Assembly: GCA_014360465.1 (NCBI GenBank)
Contig: JACIXQ010000004.1
Coordinates: 1-57,234 of the forward strand
Source of the DNA: a bacterium
GTDB taxonomy: Bacteria; Armatimonadota; JACIXR01
Reading direction: 5' to 3'
Length of the DNA: 57,234 nucleotides
Position numbers and translations under genes: made by a program. The first letter of the stretch is position 1. Each line of letters starts with the position of its first letter. Below, in pieces: positions 1 to 9,526 of the stretch. The notes under the pieces are model-generated. The model saw only the letters and a list, made by a program, of their open reading frames with translations, made no database searches and was not told where the DNA came from.

Positions 1-151
1 TTGACAAATCATATCAAATAAAGGTAAGGAGGTATAACAATGAATAAACAGAACAAGCTTTCAAAGCAATTTATTTTTGAGGAAAGACGGCATTTTATTT
101 TTAAAAAATTCTAAATAAATAAGAAAATAGTCAATAGATTTTAATACTTCC

Positions 152-500
152 AGATAAAGATTTGGATGATAGAGATCTGACTTTTATGGATATAACCCGT
201 GCATTATCACAGGATAGAGCAATAAAAGCTGATAAAGTGTTATCCTACATTTGACCTCCTCTCTTTATTATTCAGTATGCATAGGTTGATAAGGCGGTTG
301 AACGCTCCATTCAGAGGCCCAAAGACAAAAAGCAGAGGGAATTCCTAAGTAGAAGGAAAGAAGCACGACTACAAAGCATTCAAAGAGGAATTTCCCTTTA
401 AGTAAGCGAACTAACTCTATTTAATCTCGGGGATTGACTTGCTGGAAGCGAAGGAAAGGGAGAAAACGACTGCTTAAAAGTTATTTCGCACTAAATCTTA
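152..500 (+). mobile_element. Internally deleted IS5-family (ISL2-like) remnant, copy 1
   Basis: Nearly identical over long blocks to the reverse complement of 27161-27756. Contains transposase scraps (VERSIQRPKDK, EGKKHDYKAFKEEFP) and ends in a terminal-IR-like TATTTCGCACTAAATCTTA. Confidence 0.75.
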
Positions 501-837
501 TGTAGATTTTTGGGGATTTATATGGCTTTAATGGCACACTAATTAAAGATTTCCTTTTCCCGCCTTTTTACGCCACCGCACTTTTCCTAAAGGAAGTTAT
601 AACTGAAAAAGAACTACCTTTTGTAGATGTCAGGGAAAAGGGCGAATATATCTTTTTCTTTCTCGTTTGAACAAGGTCCCAGGAAACATCAAGCGGAGAG
701 TAAGAACTGGTCTCCGGCTGGGTGTCATAAGAGTCGGCGTAAAGAGGGTGCAGAACATATCGCTGGGTCAAAGCTTCTATTTTACAGACCATCAAGTTTA
801 TAGCACTGCTGTCGGATAATCTCCGCTTGTAAAAGCA

Positions 838-1518
838 TTACAAATTAGCCCACTTCTCCGCTAAGTCTCCCAACCAAGGAAGCTTGTTTCTCTTGCCTTT
901 TAAGGCTCCAAAGGCAAGCCAAGCCCAAATGAGAAATATGATACCACCTACAAGGGTATTCAACACATAGAGAACAATTGAGCTCGAGGAAGCTCCGCGC
1001 AGGGCTTGAAATAGATTTAGGATTATCCCAAGTGGTAGACGCAATATATATAGAACGGCGGATAATAGAAGAGATTGAATGGCGTGGAATCTGGCAAACT
1101 TGCTTTCTTTCTCCAATAGAAGAACGAGTATGGGGAATATGGCGGGAAGCAGATAACAAAGAAAGCCTTCTATGTTCTCAGCAATTCCTATAGAGGTTCT
1201 TCCAATTGTATAACCATCTCCAGGCTGTTGCATCTCCTTTAAAAGTTCATCGGCTTCTTTCAGGTTCCTTTCTACCTTTTCCAGCTTCCTTTTTATCTCT
1301 CTACGAGAGGGCTCAAGTTTGAGAGCTCTCTCATAGCAATCCCTCGCTTCTTTCCACCTTGCCAGCTCCATTTTTATATCGCCCATCAGTTCAAGAGCGT
1401 CTATGTCATCGGGATAGTTTAAGAGACATTTTTCGCAAGACGATAAAGCAGAATAGTAGTCGCCCTTCTTGAAATAAATATAAGCAAAGCGCAAGAGTTT
1501 CTCTCTTTCCTCTTGCAT
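838..1518 (-). CDS. TPR-domain + DUF4870 (Tic20-like) membrane protein
   Basis: N-terminal TPR motifs (YPDDIDALELMGDI...YERALKLEP). C-terminal ENIEGFLCYLL...EKESKFARFHAIQS with 3 TM segments, ending KLPWLG. Confidence 0.75.
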   Translation of the reverse strand: MQEEREKLLRFAYIYFKKGDYYSALSSCEKCLLNYPDDIDALELMGDIKMELARWKEARDCYERALKLEPSRREIKRKLEKVERNLKEADELLKEMQQPGDGYTIGRTSIGIAENIEGFLCYLLPAIFPILVLLLEKESKFARFHAIQSLLLSAVLYILRLPLGIILNLFQALRGASSSSIVLYVLNTLVGGIIFLIWAWLAFGALKGKRNKLPWLGDLAEKWANL

Positions 1519-1551
1519 ACCTTCTTAATTATTCACCTCTCAGCAGAAATG

Positions 1552-2644
1552 TCAAGGTATATCTATCCCACAAAGAGCGGGGATGCCTACACATAATGTT
1601 TTACCCTTTATAACAGGGTGTCCAAGTTGGGCGCCCTTTCCAAACTCCATTTCCCATTTAATCTTTCCTTCTGGCTCTACAGCAAGCAATTTCCTTCCAG
1701 CAGATATATAAAGAGTGTTATCCTCGGCTAAAGTAAGGAAGCTATTTCCAACTTCTCCAATCTGAAGTTTCCACTTTTGCTCCCCATTTGGTCCAAATGC
1801 ATAAATAAACCCTACTATGGTAGAGACAAAGATATCACCCGCCTTACTTATTGCGAGAGAGGCACCACCTCCCTTGAGTTTTATCTTCCACATAAGCTTT
1901 CCTTGCTGATTAACTGCACAAAGATAGCCATCCCAAGTAGCGATGTATATTGTTCCCCCTTGCCCTATGATGGGAGATGAAGGAATAGGGGAACCTATTT
2001 TTAGCTTCCATTTTATTTCACCATCTTGAGATATGGCGTAAAGATAACCTCCCAAAGAACTTACATAAATCGTTCTATGTGAATCGAGCACAAGAGACGC
2101 CAAAACTGTTCTATCCACACTTACCTGCCATTTAAGGACCCCTTGATGGGTCAGGGCAAATACATATCCTATGTAATTTTCGCCCTCCCCGCCTCCCACA
2201 TAGATTGTTCCATCGCCGCCTATCGTGGGTTGAGAATAGATTCCTTTCCTACCTATTTTTACTTTCCATATCAACTCACCTGTAGAGTTCACAGCGCAGA
2301 TATAACCATCCCAGCTAGCAACATAAACTTCTCCTGCATCTCCCAAAGTTGGAGGAGAAATAGAAAGACATTTCGCATCAAATCTCCATAAAATCCTGCC
2401 CATAGTGTCAACCGCGTAAAGATACCCTTTCCTGTGATGAAGCATAAATTACTCCGTTATTACCTATAGAAGGTGGACCCTTGACCTTCAAGCTTGGCAA
2501 TTCCCATCTTACTTTGGGAATTTGCGAATTTTGGGTAAGGGATTCCCCAAGCTGAGAAGCATATAAGGGGATTAGCATCATTAGAAAAAAAACTATTAAT
2601 GATAAGTAACACGAACAAAATGATTTTTTGGTAAAGAGCGACAT
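1552..2644 (-). pseudogene. Exported PQQ-like/BamB-type beta-propeller protein, +1 frameshift at about 2428-2430
   Basis: ORF 2408-2725 supplies a signal peptide (from Met at 2644) and the first blade (GPPSIGNNGVIYASSQ). ORF 1552-2445 continues with GYLYAV...G.lkW blades. Removing one base in CAGGAAAGGG joins them. Confidence 0.8.
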
Positions 2645-2658
2645 TTTATCCAATGACT

Positions 2659-5211
2659 CTAAGGGGTTGAATTTTCCAATAGCGTCAACCAAAAACTCGC
2701 TGTTGCTGAGGCAAAGCTCCCACATTTGGCATTGCGAGCCTTTTGGAAACTTTCCTTCGCTCTGTCTTTTTTTCCACTATAGCAGAAACATTTCCCTTCC
2801 TCAATTAATGCCACAACACTATCTTCACTTTCAGGATACTGTTTAACAATTCCTTGGAGCACATCAATCGTTCCTTGCATGTCTCCCATTTCGCCAAAGA
2901 AAGATGATAGCCACAAGAGGGTGGAGGAGGTGAGTATATCCTTAAGTTTGGTATATTCATTCATTACTTTTTCTTTCCCTCCTATAGAATATAGATATGG
3001 AGTAATGACCTCCAGCGCAGCCGTCACTATTTCTGGTGAAGTATTTTTATAATTTGATACTAATTTTTCATACTCTTCATATCCTAACTGTTCAAGACCG
3101 GTTAAAAAGTAAATGTCTATTATCGCTAATGAAGCATCCGCTCCTTTTGGGGTGTGAGGATATTTTTCTGCTCTTTCTTTCAACAGGGAAACAGTAATAG
3201 ATCTATCCTTTTCTTCATCATAGTTAAGAGCAAGATAGCTTAGAGCTTGAAAATCCAATAGCTCGGCTACCGCCATTGGTTCTATATCAAGGTAATCTGT
3301 GATGGCATATTTTACCGCTTGGAGTACTATCTCATAATCTTTCGCGAAATAAGCACACACCGCTGTTCCTATAAGTGAGAGGAAGCGATAATCTCCATTA
3401 TAATTGAGCACTTTGCTGTAGGCATCAAGCGCTTCCTTATACTGCTCGCCGTCTTCATAGTAAAGTGCGAGGGTATACCATTTAAGCTCACTATCTGGAA
3501 GGCTTTCATTTAGTCTTTTCAATATCTCCCTCTCTTTTGGGAGATTTCGTCCCGCTCTATACCGCCAGGCAATGTTCATAAGTGCAGAGTTGGCCTTTTC
3601 ATCAGAGGGGTACCTGAGAATAAAATCCTCGTATACCTTTATTGCCTCTTCGTTCCTTCCCAAAAGCGAATACATATCACCTAAGCTAAAGAGAGCTTCC
3701 TTGCTTTCTTTTGTGAACGGATATTCATCCACAACTTTTTTGAACCACTCCGCTGCTTCCGTGTAATGCCTTTGAGCGAAATGCAACCAAGCGATATTAA
3801 TCATTACAGCGGGAACTTTTTCATCATCGGGAAAAAGCTTTATAAATCTCTCATAGAATTTCATAGCTTCCTCGTTTTTTCCCAATGAAGATAACATATC
3901 ACCGGCTCTTATTAAAGCCTCTGGAGCGCACTCAGCTTGGGGGAAGTTCTCAGCCGTTTTCTTGAAGAACAAAGCCGCTTTATCGTAATCTTTCAACTCC
4001 GCATAGCGCCAAGCAATGCTCATCAAAGCGTAGGGGCACTTTGGGTTATTTGGATATTTTTGCAAGAATTCTTGATATATTTTGATTGCTTCTTCGGTTT
4101 TGCCAAGTCGAGCAAGCATATCTCCCGCATACAATAGGGCCTCTGTTCCCTCTATGCTATCAGGAAACTCAGCGTTGATTTTAAAGAATAATTGTGCTGC
4201 TTTCTCACAATCCCCTTTCTCCGAGTAGCGCCAAGCGATATTAGCTAAGGCGGATGGGACCCGTGTATCCCCGGGAAACTTTTCTATAAACTCCTGATAA
4301 GCAGCTATTGCCTCGTCTAATTTTTTAGCATAGGAATACATATCACCAGCCCGGAGAAGCGCCTCGGTTGTAAATTGGCTTTGGGGATAGTCGTTTGCTA
4401 CTTTCTTAAAGGCATCCGCCGCTTTATCATAATTTCGAATTAAAAAGTAACGCCAAGCGATATTCATCCAAGCACCAGCATTGTAGTTTGGGTCAGTGGA
4501 GTAATTTAAGCTCCTCATTTCACAGTCTATCGCCTTTTCAACCTCTCCAATCTCTGCGTATTTCCTCGCCATTTCGTGATACAAATCCCTTGCTAAATCA
4601 GGTGTTGATACTTCTTTAATCTTCAGTGAAAAAACTTGTTCTTCTTTTTTGAATTGTTCATAGATTGACTGCACGGTTAAAAGACGAGCTTTGGCGGAAG
4701 ATAAAAGCGCTTCATCTTTGCTTCCTAAGGTTAGCGCCTCCTGGTAATCCTGCAAAGCTTTTATTAACCATCCTTTCTTCTCAAAGGCGATGCCCCGATT
4801 GTAATAAGCGTAGGCGAGTATATCTCTGGGGGGCTTTTGCCCTATAAGGGATGTAAGAGACTCTATAGCCGAGTCATATTTTCCTTCTTCAATATCGCAC
4901 ATTGCCAAGCCAAGGAACCCGCTCGTCCCGATTTCGCCCTTCCAACGGGAAGCTCTTGAAAAATATTTGCGCGCTTGCTTGGGGTTTCCCAAAGCAAAAT
5001 AACATTGCCCCATCCGAAGATTAGCTTTTGCAATATTTTCATTCCAGCCGGTTCTTTTTAATACCTCCGAAAAATTGTTTATTGCCTCTTGATATCGTTT
5101 AGCTTGGAAGTTAATTTCTCCTTCTTGCAAGATTTCTTTCTGGGCAAGTGATAAGGCAAGAGCGTTCAGGAGGAAAAAATAAAATTGCCATTTAATTGGT
5201 GTTTTTTTCAT
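2659..5211 (-). CDS. Large exported TPR-repeat protein (BamD/CpoB-like 37-aa repeats)
   Basis: Probable start 5211 after a GGAGGAG RBS. Signal peptide ALALSLAQ; many yP.s....ALL..GD / ALMNIAWRY repeats. Confidence 0.85.
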   Translation of the reverse strand: MKKTPIKWQFYFFLLNALALSLAQKEILQEGEINFQAKRYQEAINNFSEVLKRTGWNENIAKANLRMGQCYFALGNPKQARKYFSRASRWKGEIGTSGFLGLAMCDIEEGKYDSAIESLTSLIGQKPPRDILAYAYYNRGIAFEKKGWLIKALQDYQEALTLGSKDEALLSSAKARLLTVQSIYEQFKKEEQVFSLKIKEVSTPDLARDLYHEMARKYAEIGEVEKAIDCEMRSLNYSTDPNYNAGAWMNIAWRYFLIRNYDKAADAFKKVANDYPQSQFTTEALLRAGDMYSYAKKLDEAIAAYQEFIEKFPGDTRVPSALANIAWRYSEKGDCEKAAQLFFKINAEFPDSIEGTEALLYAGDMLARLGKTEEAIKIYQEFLQKYPNNPKCPYALMSIAWRYAELKDYDKAALFFKKTAENFPQAECAPEALIRAGDMLSSLGKNEEAMKFYERFIKLFPDDEKVPAVMINIAWLHFAQRHYTEAAEWFKKVVDEYPFTKESKEALFSLGDMYSLLGRNEEAIKVYEDFILRYPSDEKANSALMNIAWRYRAGRNLPKEREILKRLNESLPDSELKWYTLALYYEDGEQYKEALDAYSKVLNYNGDYRFLSLIGTAVCAYFAKDYEIVLQAVKYAITDYLDIEPMAVAELLDFQALSYLALNYDEEKDRSITVSLLKERAEKYPHTPKGADASLAIIDIYFLTGLEQLGYEEYEKLVSNYKNTSPEIVTAALEVITPYLYSIGGKEKVMNEYTKLKDILTSSTLLWLSSFFGEMGDMQGTIDVLQGIVKQYPESEDSVVALIEEGKCFCYSGKKDRAKESFQKARNAKCGSFASATASFWLTLLENSTP
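3540..4470 (-). repeat. Five 222-bp (74-aa, paired-TPR) tandem repeats inside the TPR gene
   Basis: The IAW[R/L] codons recur at 4451, 4229, 4007, 3785 and 3563, exactly 222 bp apart. Confidence 0.85.
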
Positions 5212-5231
5212 AATATTCTCCTCCATTCTAC

Positions 5232-5997
5232 CTACTTCCCATTTATCCCTTGGAGTTTTAGATAAGCTAAAAGGGAAGCTTCCGTATCCGGATACAGCTC
5301 TATGCATCTCTTGTAAGCAACTTTTGCCCGTTCTTTATCGTCGAATTTTTCCAAATAAAGGTCCCCGAGACAAAATAGTAAACCCGCGCTAGCCGACTTT
5401 AGCATTTTCACGATATAACCGATGCCTCTCTATTATCAAAGGCCAACGCAGTTCGTCGACATTTGAAATAAGTTCCTTTAGCCTTCCGTCTGCCTCACTT
5501 ATGGCTGATTCAATTTGAATAAGAAGCGCTTCCTTAAGCACTTGGTAGGCTTCTGGGCGGATTTTAGGAGCAGGAAAAATATGTTTAGATTTTTCAACTT
5601 GAATGGAGTTATTGGGAAACCCTAAAAGAATTTGTAGTTTTGCTTCTGCTTCTCTTCCGAGAGCGCGTATTGTTTCATTTTCGGGATATTTTGGGAGCAA
5701 CTCCCACCATATCTTAAGGGCTCTCGCAGGATTCATAGACGCCCGCTTATAATATACTGCCTCCCAGATAAGGCGCCTTATAAGGGTTCCTTGAACATTT
5801 AGCAAGCATTTTTCAAGCGCCACTTGGGCATCTACCCACTTGCCATTTTTCATCGCATCTTGATAAGCCTTAAACTCTTCCCCCGCCTTTTTAAGGGAAG
5901 TGTAGATGAAAAAGGATGTCCCTTGCCCCCTTGCTACTCCAATATATGTCAGCGATAGGCAAACAACCAGGAGTAAAACTCTCTGTGCTCTAATCAT
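5232..5997 (-). pseudogene. Exported TPR protein, +1 frameshift at A4 run 5405-5408
   Basis: Signal peptide from Met 5997. The ORF stops at 5389, but the +1 frame continues MLKSASAGLLFCLGDLYLEKFDDKERAKVAYKRCIELYPDTEASLLAYLKLQGINGK*, a clear TPR, ending just before the next RBS. Confidence 0.8.
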
Positions 5998-7450
5998 TTC
6001 CTTCCCCAAGAATATGTGCATAAACTGGTATATTTAAAATTTCTTCCCCTGGGACATCGGTGAGGACTTCCAATACACCTTCTATAACCCCCTTTTTGTC
6101 TGCATTCAAGTAGACAGTTATGCGCCACTTTTCGTTAGATATCTTGCAGACATCTAAAGAAACATTTGAGAGGGAACATCTAACTCCCTTTAACCGGAAG
6201 GAAGTCCCATTAATTGAGTGAACATATAAATCCCGCGACGAAGTTTGCATAACTTTTAGAAAACCGAAAAATACGAAGGAAGGACATATCTCTAAATCCC
6301 CCTGCACCCAGATATCCACTGGTATAGTAATGAGAGGCTGATTCCGAGATGTCGTAAGGATGAACAAATCATCATGATACTTGCCTGGAAAGTTGTTACC
6401 CCGATAAGAGAGCCTCAATTGCCAAAGTTGAACATCATCTATGCTATTTTTTTGAAGCTTGTTATCCTTTTCGCTTTCCTCTCCCCTGTTTGTTTCTCGT
6501 CGCAAATTAATCAGATTTATAAGAAAAAGACCCTTTTCGCTTCTCACTTCTTTTATTTCAACATCCGATGGAAGAGTAATTCTGACATTACCGCTAATAG
6601 GGTGCCTTTTTCCACCATGGAGCTCCAAGCTTTTTGGCAAGACCTCAACCTCATAGGGAACTTTTCCGCTTATGGTCAAAAAAACGACCGGCTGAGAAGG
6701 GTCATTGGTAAGCAGCTTAGCGGATAGCTCTATTCTCCCTGGGAACAAGGGGATATATTTTACCGTTACTTGTGTCGTTTCCCCTGGAGGCACGACCTTT
6801 TTCTCCACTAATATATAAGGGACACCACAAGACTCTGATTGAGGCGAAATAAGGAGGTCGCTCTTCCCTTTGTTGGAGATAAGGAAAGTATGTTGTATTT
6901 GCTTTCCCCTCTCTACTTCTCCAACATCAAAGTGGAATTCCTCTAAATGCAAATATGGACCACCCTCATTGGTATATGATTTAGGCTCTAAAATCAACGC
7001 ATATCCAGTATAGCGTGAGGAAATCTCAACTCGGGGAACGCTATAAACCTTCCATCTCCCAATCACTTGGACCCACATCGGAGAAAAGCGTGAAACAGTT
7101 ATAAAATGTTCCGGGTCTTTCAGATGCAGAATTTTTGGCCCAGGGATTTGTTCCAATTCCTCCAAAGTAGCTTGCACACCTATCAGTTTAATTCCTAATT
7201 TGGAAGCCGCTTTCTTTATATCTAACATACTACATTCAGCCTGTGGATAAGCTCTCACTATTCTTTCCTTTTCATCTTCGCTTAGATTCCTCCCCATTAT
7301 ATCACAGAGCCTAAACAAGCTTCTTATCCCACAGCTTTTAGGGGTTACCTCTGCGGGATAGATTATTTCGCCTAAAAGGAAAAACAATAATAAAAATTTT
7401 ACTTCCTCGTTTAAGAGCTTACTCGCGAATAACTTCTCCAGTATCCTCAT
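5990..7450 (-). CDS. Exported C39-family peptidase fused to DUF1573/Ig-like domains
   Basis: Hydrophobic N-terminus, then SCGIRSL (Cys), SMLDIKKAASKLG, LEEL...PKILHL...HFITV (His). Followed by FDVGEV...HTFLISNKGKSDL...SCG...VPPGET (DUF1573) and two more Ig-like repeats. No ABC domain. Confidence 0.8.
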   Translation of the reverse strand: MRILEKLFASKLLNEEVKFLLLFFLLGEIIYPAEVTPKSCGIRSLFRLCDIMGRNLSEDEKERIVRAYPQAECSMLDIKKAASKLGIKLIGVQATLEELEQIPGPKILHLKDPEHFITVSRFSPMWVQVIGRWKVYSVPRVEISSRYTGYALILEPKSYTNEGGPYLHLEEFHFDVGEVERGKQIQHTFLISNKGKSDLLISPQSESCGVPYILVEKKVVPPGETTQVTVKYIPLFPGRIELSAKLLTNDPSQPVVFLTISGKVPYEVEVLPKSLELHGGKRHPISGNVRITLPSDVEIKEVRSEKGLFLINLINLRRETNRGEESEKDNKLQKNSIDDVQLWQLRLSYRGNNFPGKYHDDLFILTTSRNQPLITIPVDIWVQGDLEICPSFVFFGFLKVMQTSSRDLYVHSINGTSFRLKGVRCSLSNVSLDVCKISNEKWRITVYLNADKKGVIEGVLEVLTDVPGEEILNIPVYAHILGEGND

Positions 7451-8384
7451 TTACAATCATTCCTACCCCTGTTCGTGGAATGGTAAAAACTTTCTCATCT
7501 ACCGACTTGTTAATTTTCAAACTTTTGGTGTCAATTTTAAAAATAGTTTTCCCGATTAGTTCCCCATTTTTGTCCTTTGAAATTCTCTCAATTTTCAGAG
7601 GAAAAACAGTACTCTCAATGGATTTTACCTCTGTTACTTTGAGCTCTTCTGATATCTCTGTGGGCGCCCATTGGCTTTCCCCAATCGGTGAAACTTGTAT
7701 TCTTCTGTAGATGTATAAAGGGAAATAAGTAAACTCAGAGGCGAAAAATACTTCGTATGTTTCTCCTTGGTAATACGCTGCATCTCCTTCACCAATCTTC
7801 ACTTTCGGTTTTTGCAAAGTTAATTTCACACCTTTGTGTCCGAACATTTCCGCTTCGGAATAAGCTGCGACTCCATCAACAAGCCTTTCCCAAGTTGTTT
7901 TTTCCTTCAGTGTAGCGAAACGGGGAATTTCGTTTGGAGCATAAACGAAAGAGTAAAGCTCCAGCAGAACATCATAAGAAGCTGTATCATCCCTAAGCGG
8001 ATTGGAAGAAAAGATTAGAATTCCCTTCTGCTCAATCCCCATCTTATAAAGATATTGATACGATTCACCATTAAAACTATTTATCATTAACCCTTTCTCT
8101 TCACCCTTGGTTCCTTTCATCACCACCTTGCGATAATATTTATCTCCTTTCAGAACAAAGAATACATCGCTGTAGGGTATATCTGCAAGTTCAGCATCTT
8201 GCATCGTTAGAGTGGAGGTATATTCTAAGCTGTCAAGCTTCTGAAAATAGGAAAGTTGATAAAGAAAGACCGTCTTCGCTTGTTCTTTTATATCTTTCCC
8301 CAAAGATAAATCCCATTCCCCAATTATTAGCCCTATAAAAATCAACCACACTATCTTCTTCCTTTTTATATTTTCGATAAACAT
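7419..8384 (-). CDS. Exported LolA-like-fold protein of unknown function
   Basis: Start 8384 after GGAGGGAGG. Signal/anchor peptide, beta-rich body (SFNGESY) and C-terminal KINKSVDEKVFTIP..G..V.E typical of LolA-like proteins. Confidence 0.55.
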   Translation of the reverse strand: MFIENIKRKKIVWLIFIGLIIGEWDLSLGKDIKEQAKTVFLYQLSYFQKLDSLEYTSTLTMQDAELADIPYSDVFFVLKGDKYYRKVVMKGTKGEEKGLMINSFNGESYQYLYKMGIEQKGILIFSSNPLRDDTASYDVLLELYSFVYAPNEIPRFATLKEKTTWERLVDGVAAYSEAEMFGHKGVKLTLQKPKVKIGEGDAAYYQGETYEVFFASEFTYFPLYIYRRIQVSPIGESQWAPTEISEELKVTEVKSIESTVFPLKIERISKDKNGELIGKTIFKIDTKSLKINKSVDEKVFTIPRTGVGMIVNEDTGEVIRE

Positions 8385-8449
8385 TATAAACCTACCTCCC
8401 TCCATAGGTTTTAAATATTTCTTACAAAAAGATTTTAAAATTTACCTAT

Positions 8450-8803
8450 CTAAGGGTCAACACTATTTACTATATAACCTCCACAACCTTGTGTTGATAC
8501 ATCTTTACAATCCTTAGCCCATATTACTCCGCATTGATAACCCTTTTCGTTCGCCATATTATCATTAGGATTTGATTGTAACCCGGGTAAGCTTGTCGGA
8601 AGTTTTACGCATCCACCTATACCAGGTATACAAGTTGGATAGGCTGCGCACAGCGCTTCCGTTCCGCAGTAGGGTGGCCCCGAAGCACCACGGATGCTCG
8701 CCATCACCTCGTCGCTTAGTAGCGCCATGCATTGCGTTGGGATAGCACTACCCAGCAACAGAATACATATTAGGACGAGAAAGCAATATACCGTATACCG
8801 CAC
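8450..8803 (-). CDS. Cys-rich secreted precursor peptide with Sec signal plus double-glycine-type leader
   Basis: GTG start after AAGGAGG. Residues 1-27 are signal-like, 28-40 are LLSDEVMASIRGA, and the 77-aa core has 7 Cys. Confidence 0.75.
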   Translation of the reverse strand: MRYTVYCFLVLICILLLGSAIPTQCMALLSDEVMASIRGASGPPYCGTEALCAAYPTCIPGIGGCVKLPTSLPGLQSNPNDNMANEKGYQCGVIWAKDCKDVSTQGCGGYIVNSVDP

Positions 8804-8878
8804 TTCACATTCCTCCTTTACTTTTTACTTAGTGTTTATATATATATGTGCCAATTTTTACGAATTTCGTTGGCGCTT

Positions 8879-9526
8879 TTATTCTAAATTTCCATTACAC
8901 AAGATTTTTAGTAGCTTTAAAGCCTTGGAAAACCTCCACCTTACAGTGCTACTGGGGCAGCCAAGCAACTTCGCCATCCCTTCATAGGAATAACCCTCCA
9001 AATAATAAACTACCACTACCCTATATATTGGAGGAAGACAAGGAATAGCCATTCTCAGATCTTCTATCTCCTCTTCTAATTCTAAACCACTGCTCGCCTC
9101 TTCCTCGGTGTATTTGCTCATATCGCCAGAGAGCTCTGTTTTTCGCCACTTTTTCAAATTCTTCAAACATCTCTTTATCACACGTTCGCTTATCCGCCAG
9201 ATGAAGCTATCAAAATTTCCCTTGCCACCGAACTTCTCTATGCTCTTATATATCTCCAACCTTATTTCGCAATAAACATCTTCCCCATCCACTTTCTTTA
9301 AGCCTTTTCTCCCCTTGAAATAGAAACCTATAGCTTTTCTGACCGTCTCCTCGCATCGCCACCAAATATACTCCCAAGCTTCATCCTTACCAAATGCTTT
9401 AAGAAGCCATTTTATGCAATGATAATCCCATTCCTTCTCATCCTTCCCCTCCAACCTCTTCGCCAGTGCCTTTGCCAGCTCCTCCTCCATCTTGTACCTT
9501 ACCTTGAGAAACTCCTCCGCCCTCAT
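8879..9526 (-). CDS. ECF-type sigma-70 factor
   Basis: C-terminal 215 aa of the 492-aa ORF. Has its own GGTGGTGAG RBS and an ATGA overlap with the corrected upstream stop. Region 2 (EDVYCEIRLEIY...FDSFIWRI) and region 4 (LPP..R.V....YLEGYSYEGMAKLLGCPSSTVRWRFSKA). Confidence 0.8.
   Translation of the reverse strand: MRAEEFLKVRYKMEEELAKALAKRLEGKDEKEWDYHCIKWLLKAFGKDEAWEYIWWRCEETVRKAIGFYFKGRKGLKKVDGEDVYCEIRLEIYKSIEKFGGKGNFDSFIWRISERVIKRCLKNLKKWRKTELSGDMSKYTEEEASSGLELEEEIEDLRMAIPCLPPIYRVVVVYYLEGYSYEGMAKLLGCPSSTVRWRFSKALKLLKILCNGNLE

Noticed and set aside
40-114. 24-aa sORF (MNKQNKLSKQFIFEERRHFIFKKF) after a strong AAGGAGG
   Set aside because: At the window edge beside an IS remnant; cannot be distinguished from a truncated gene start.
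568-795. 75-aa ORF at the end of the operon
   Set aside because: No RBS or recognisable motif, and it lies next to an IS scar; probably spurious or decayed.
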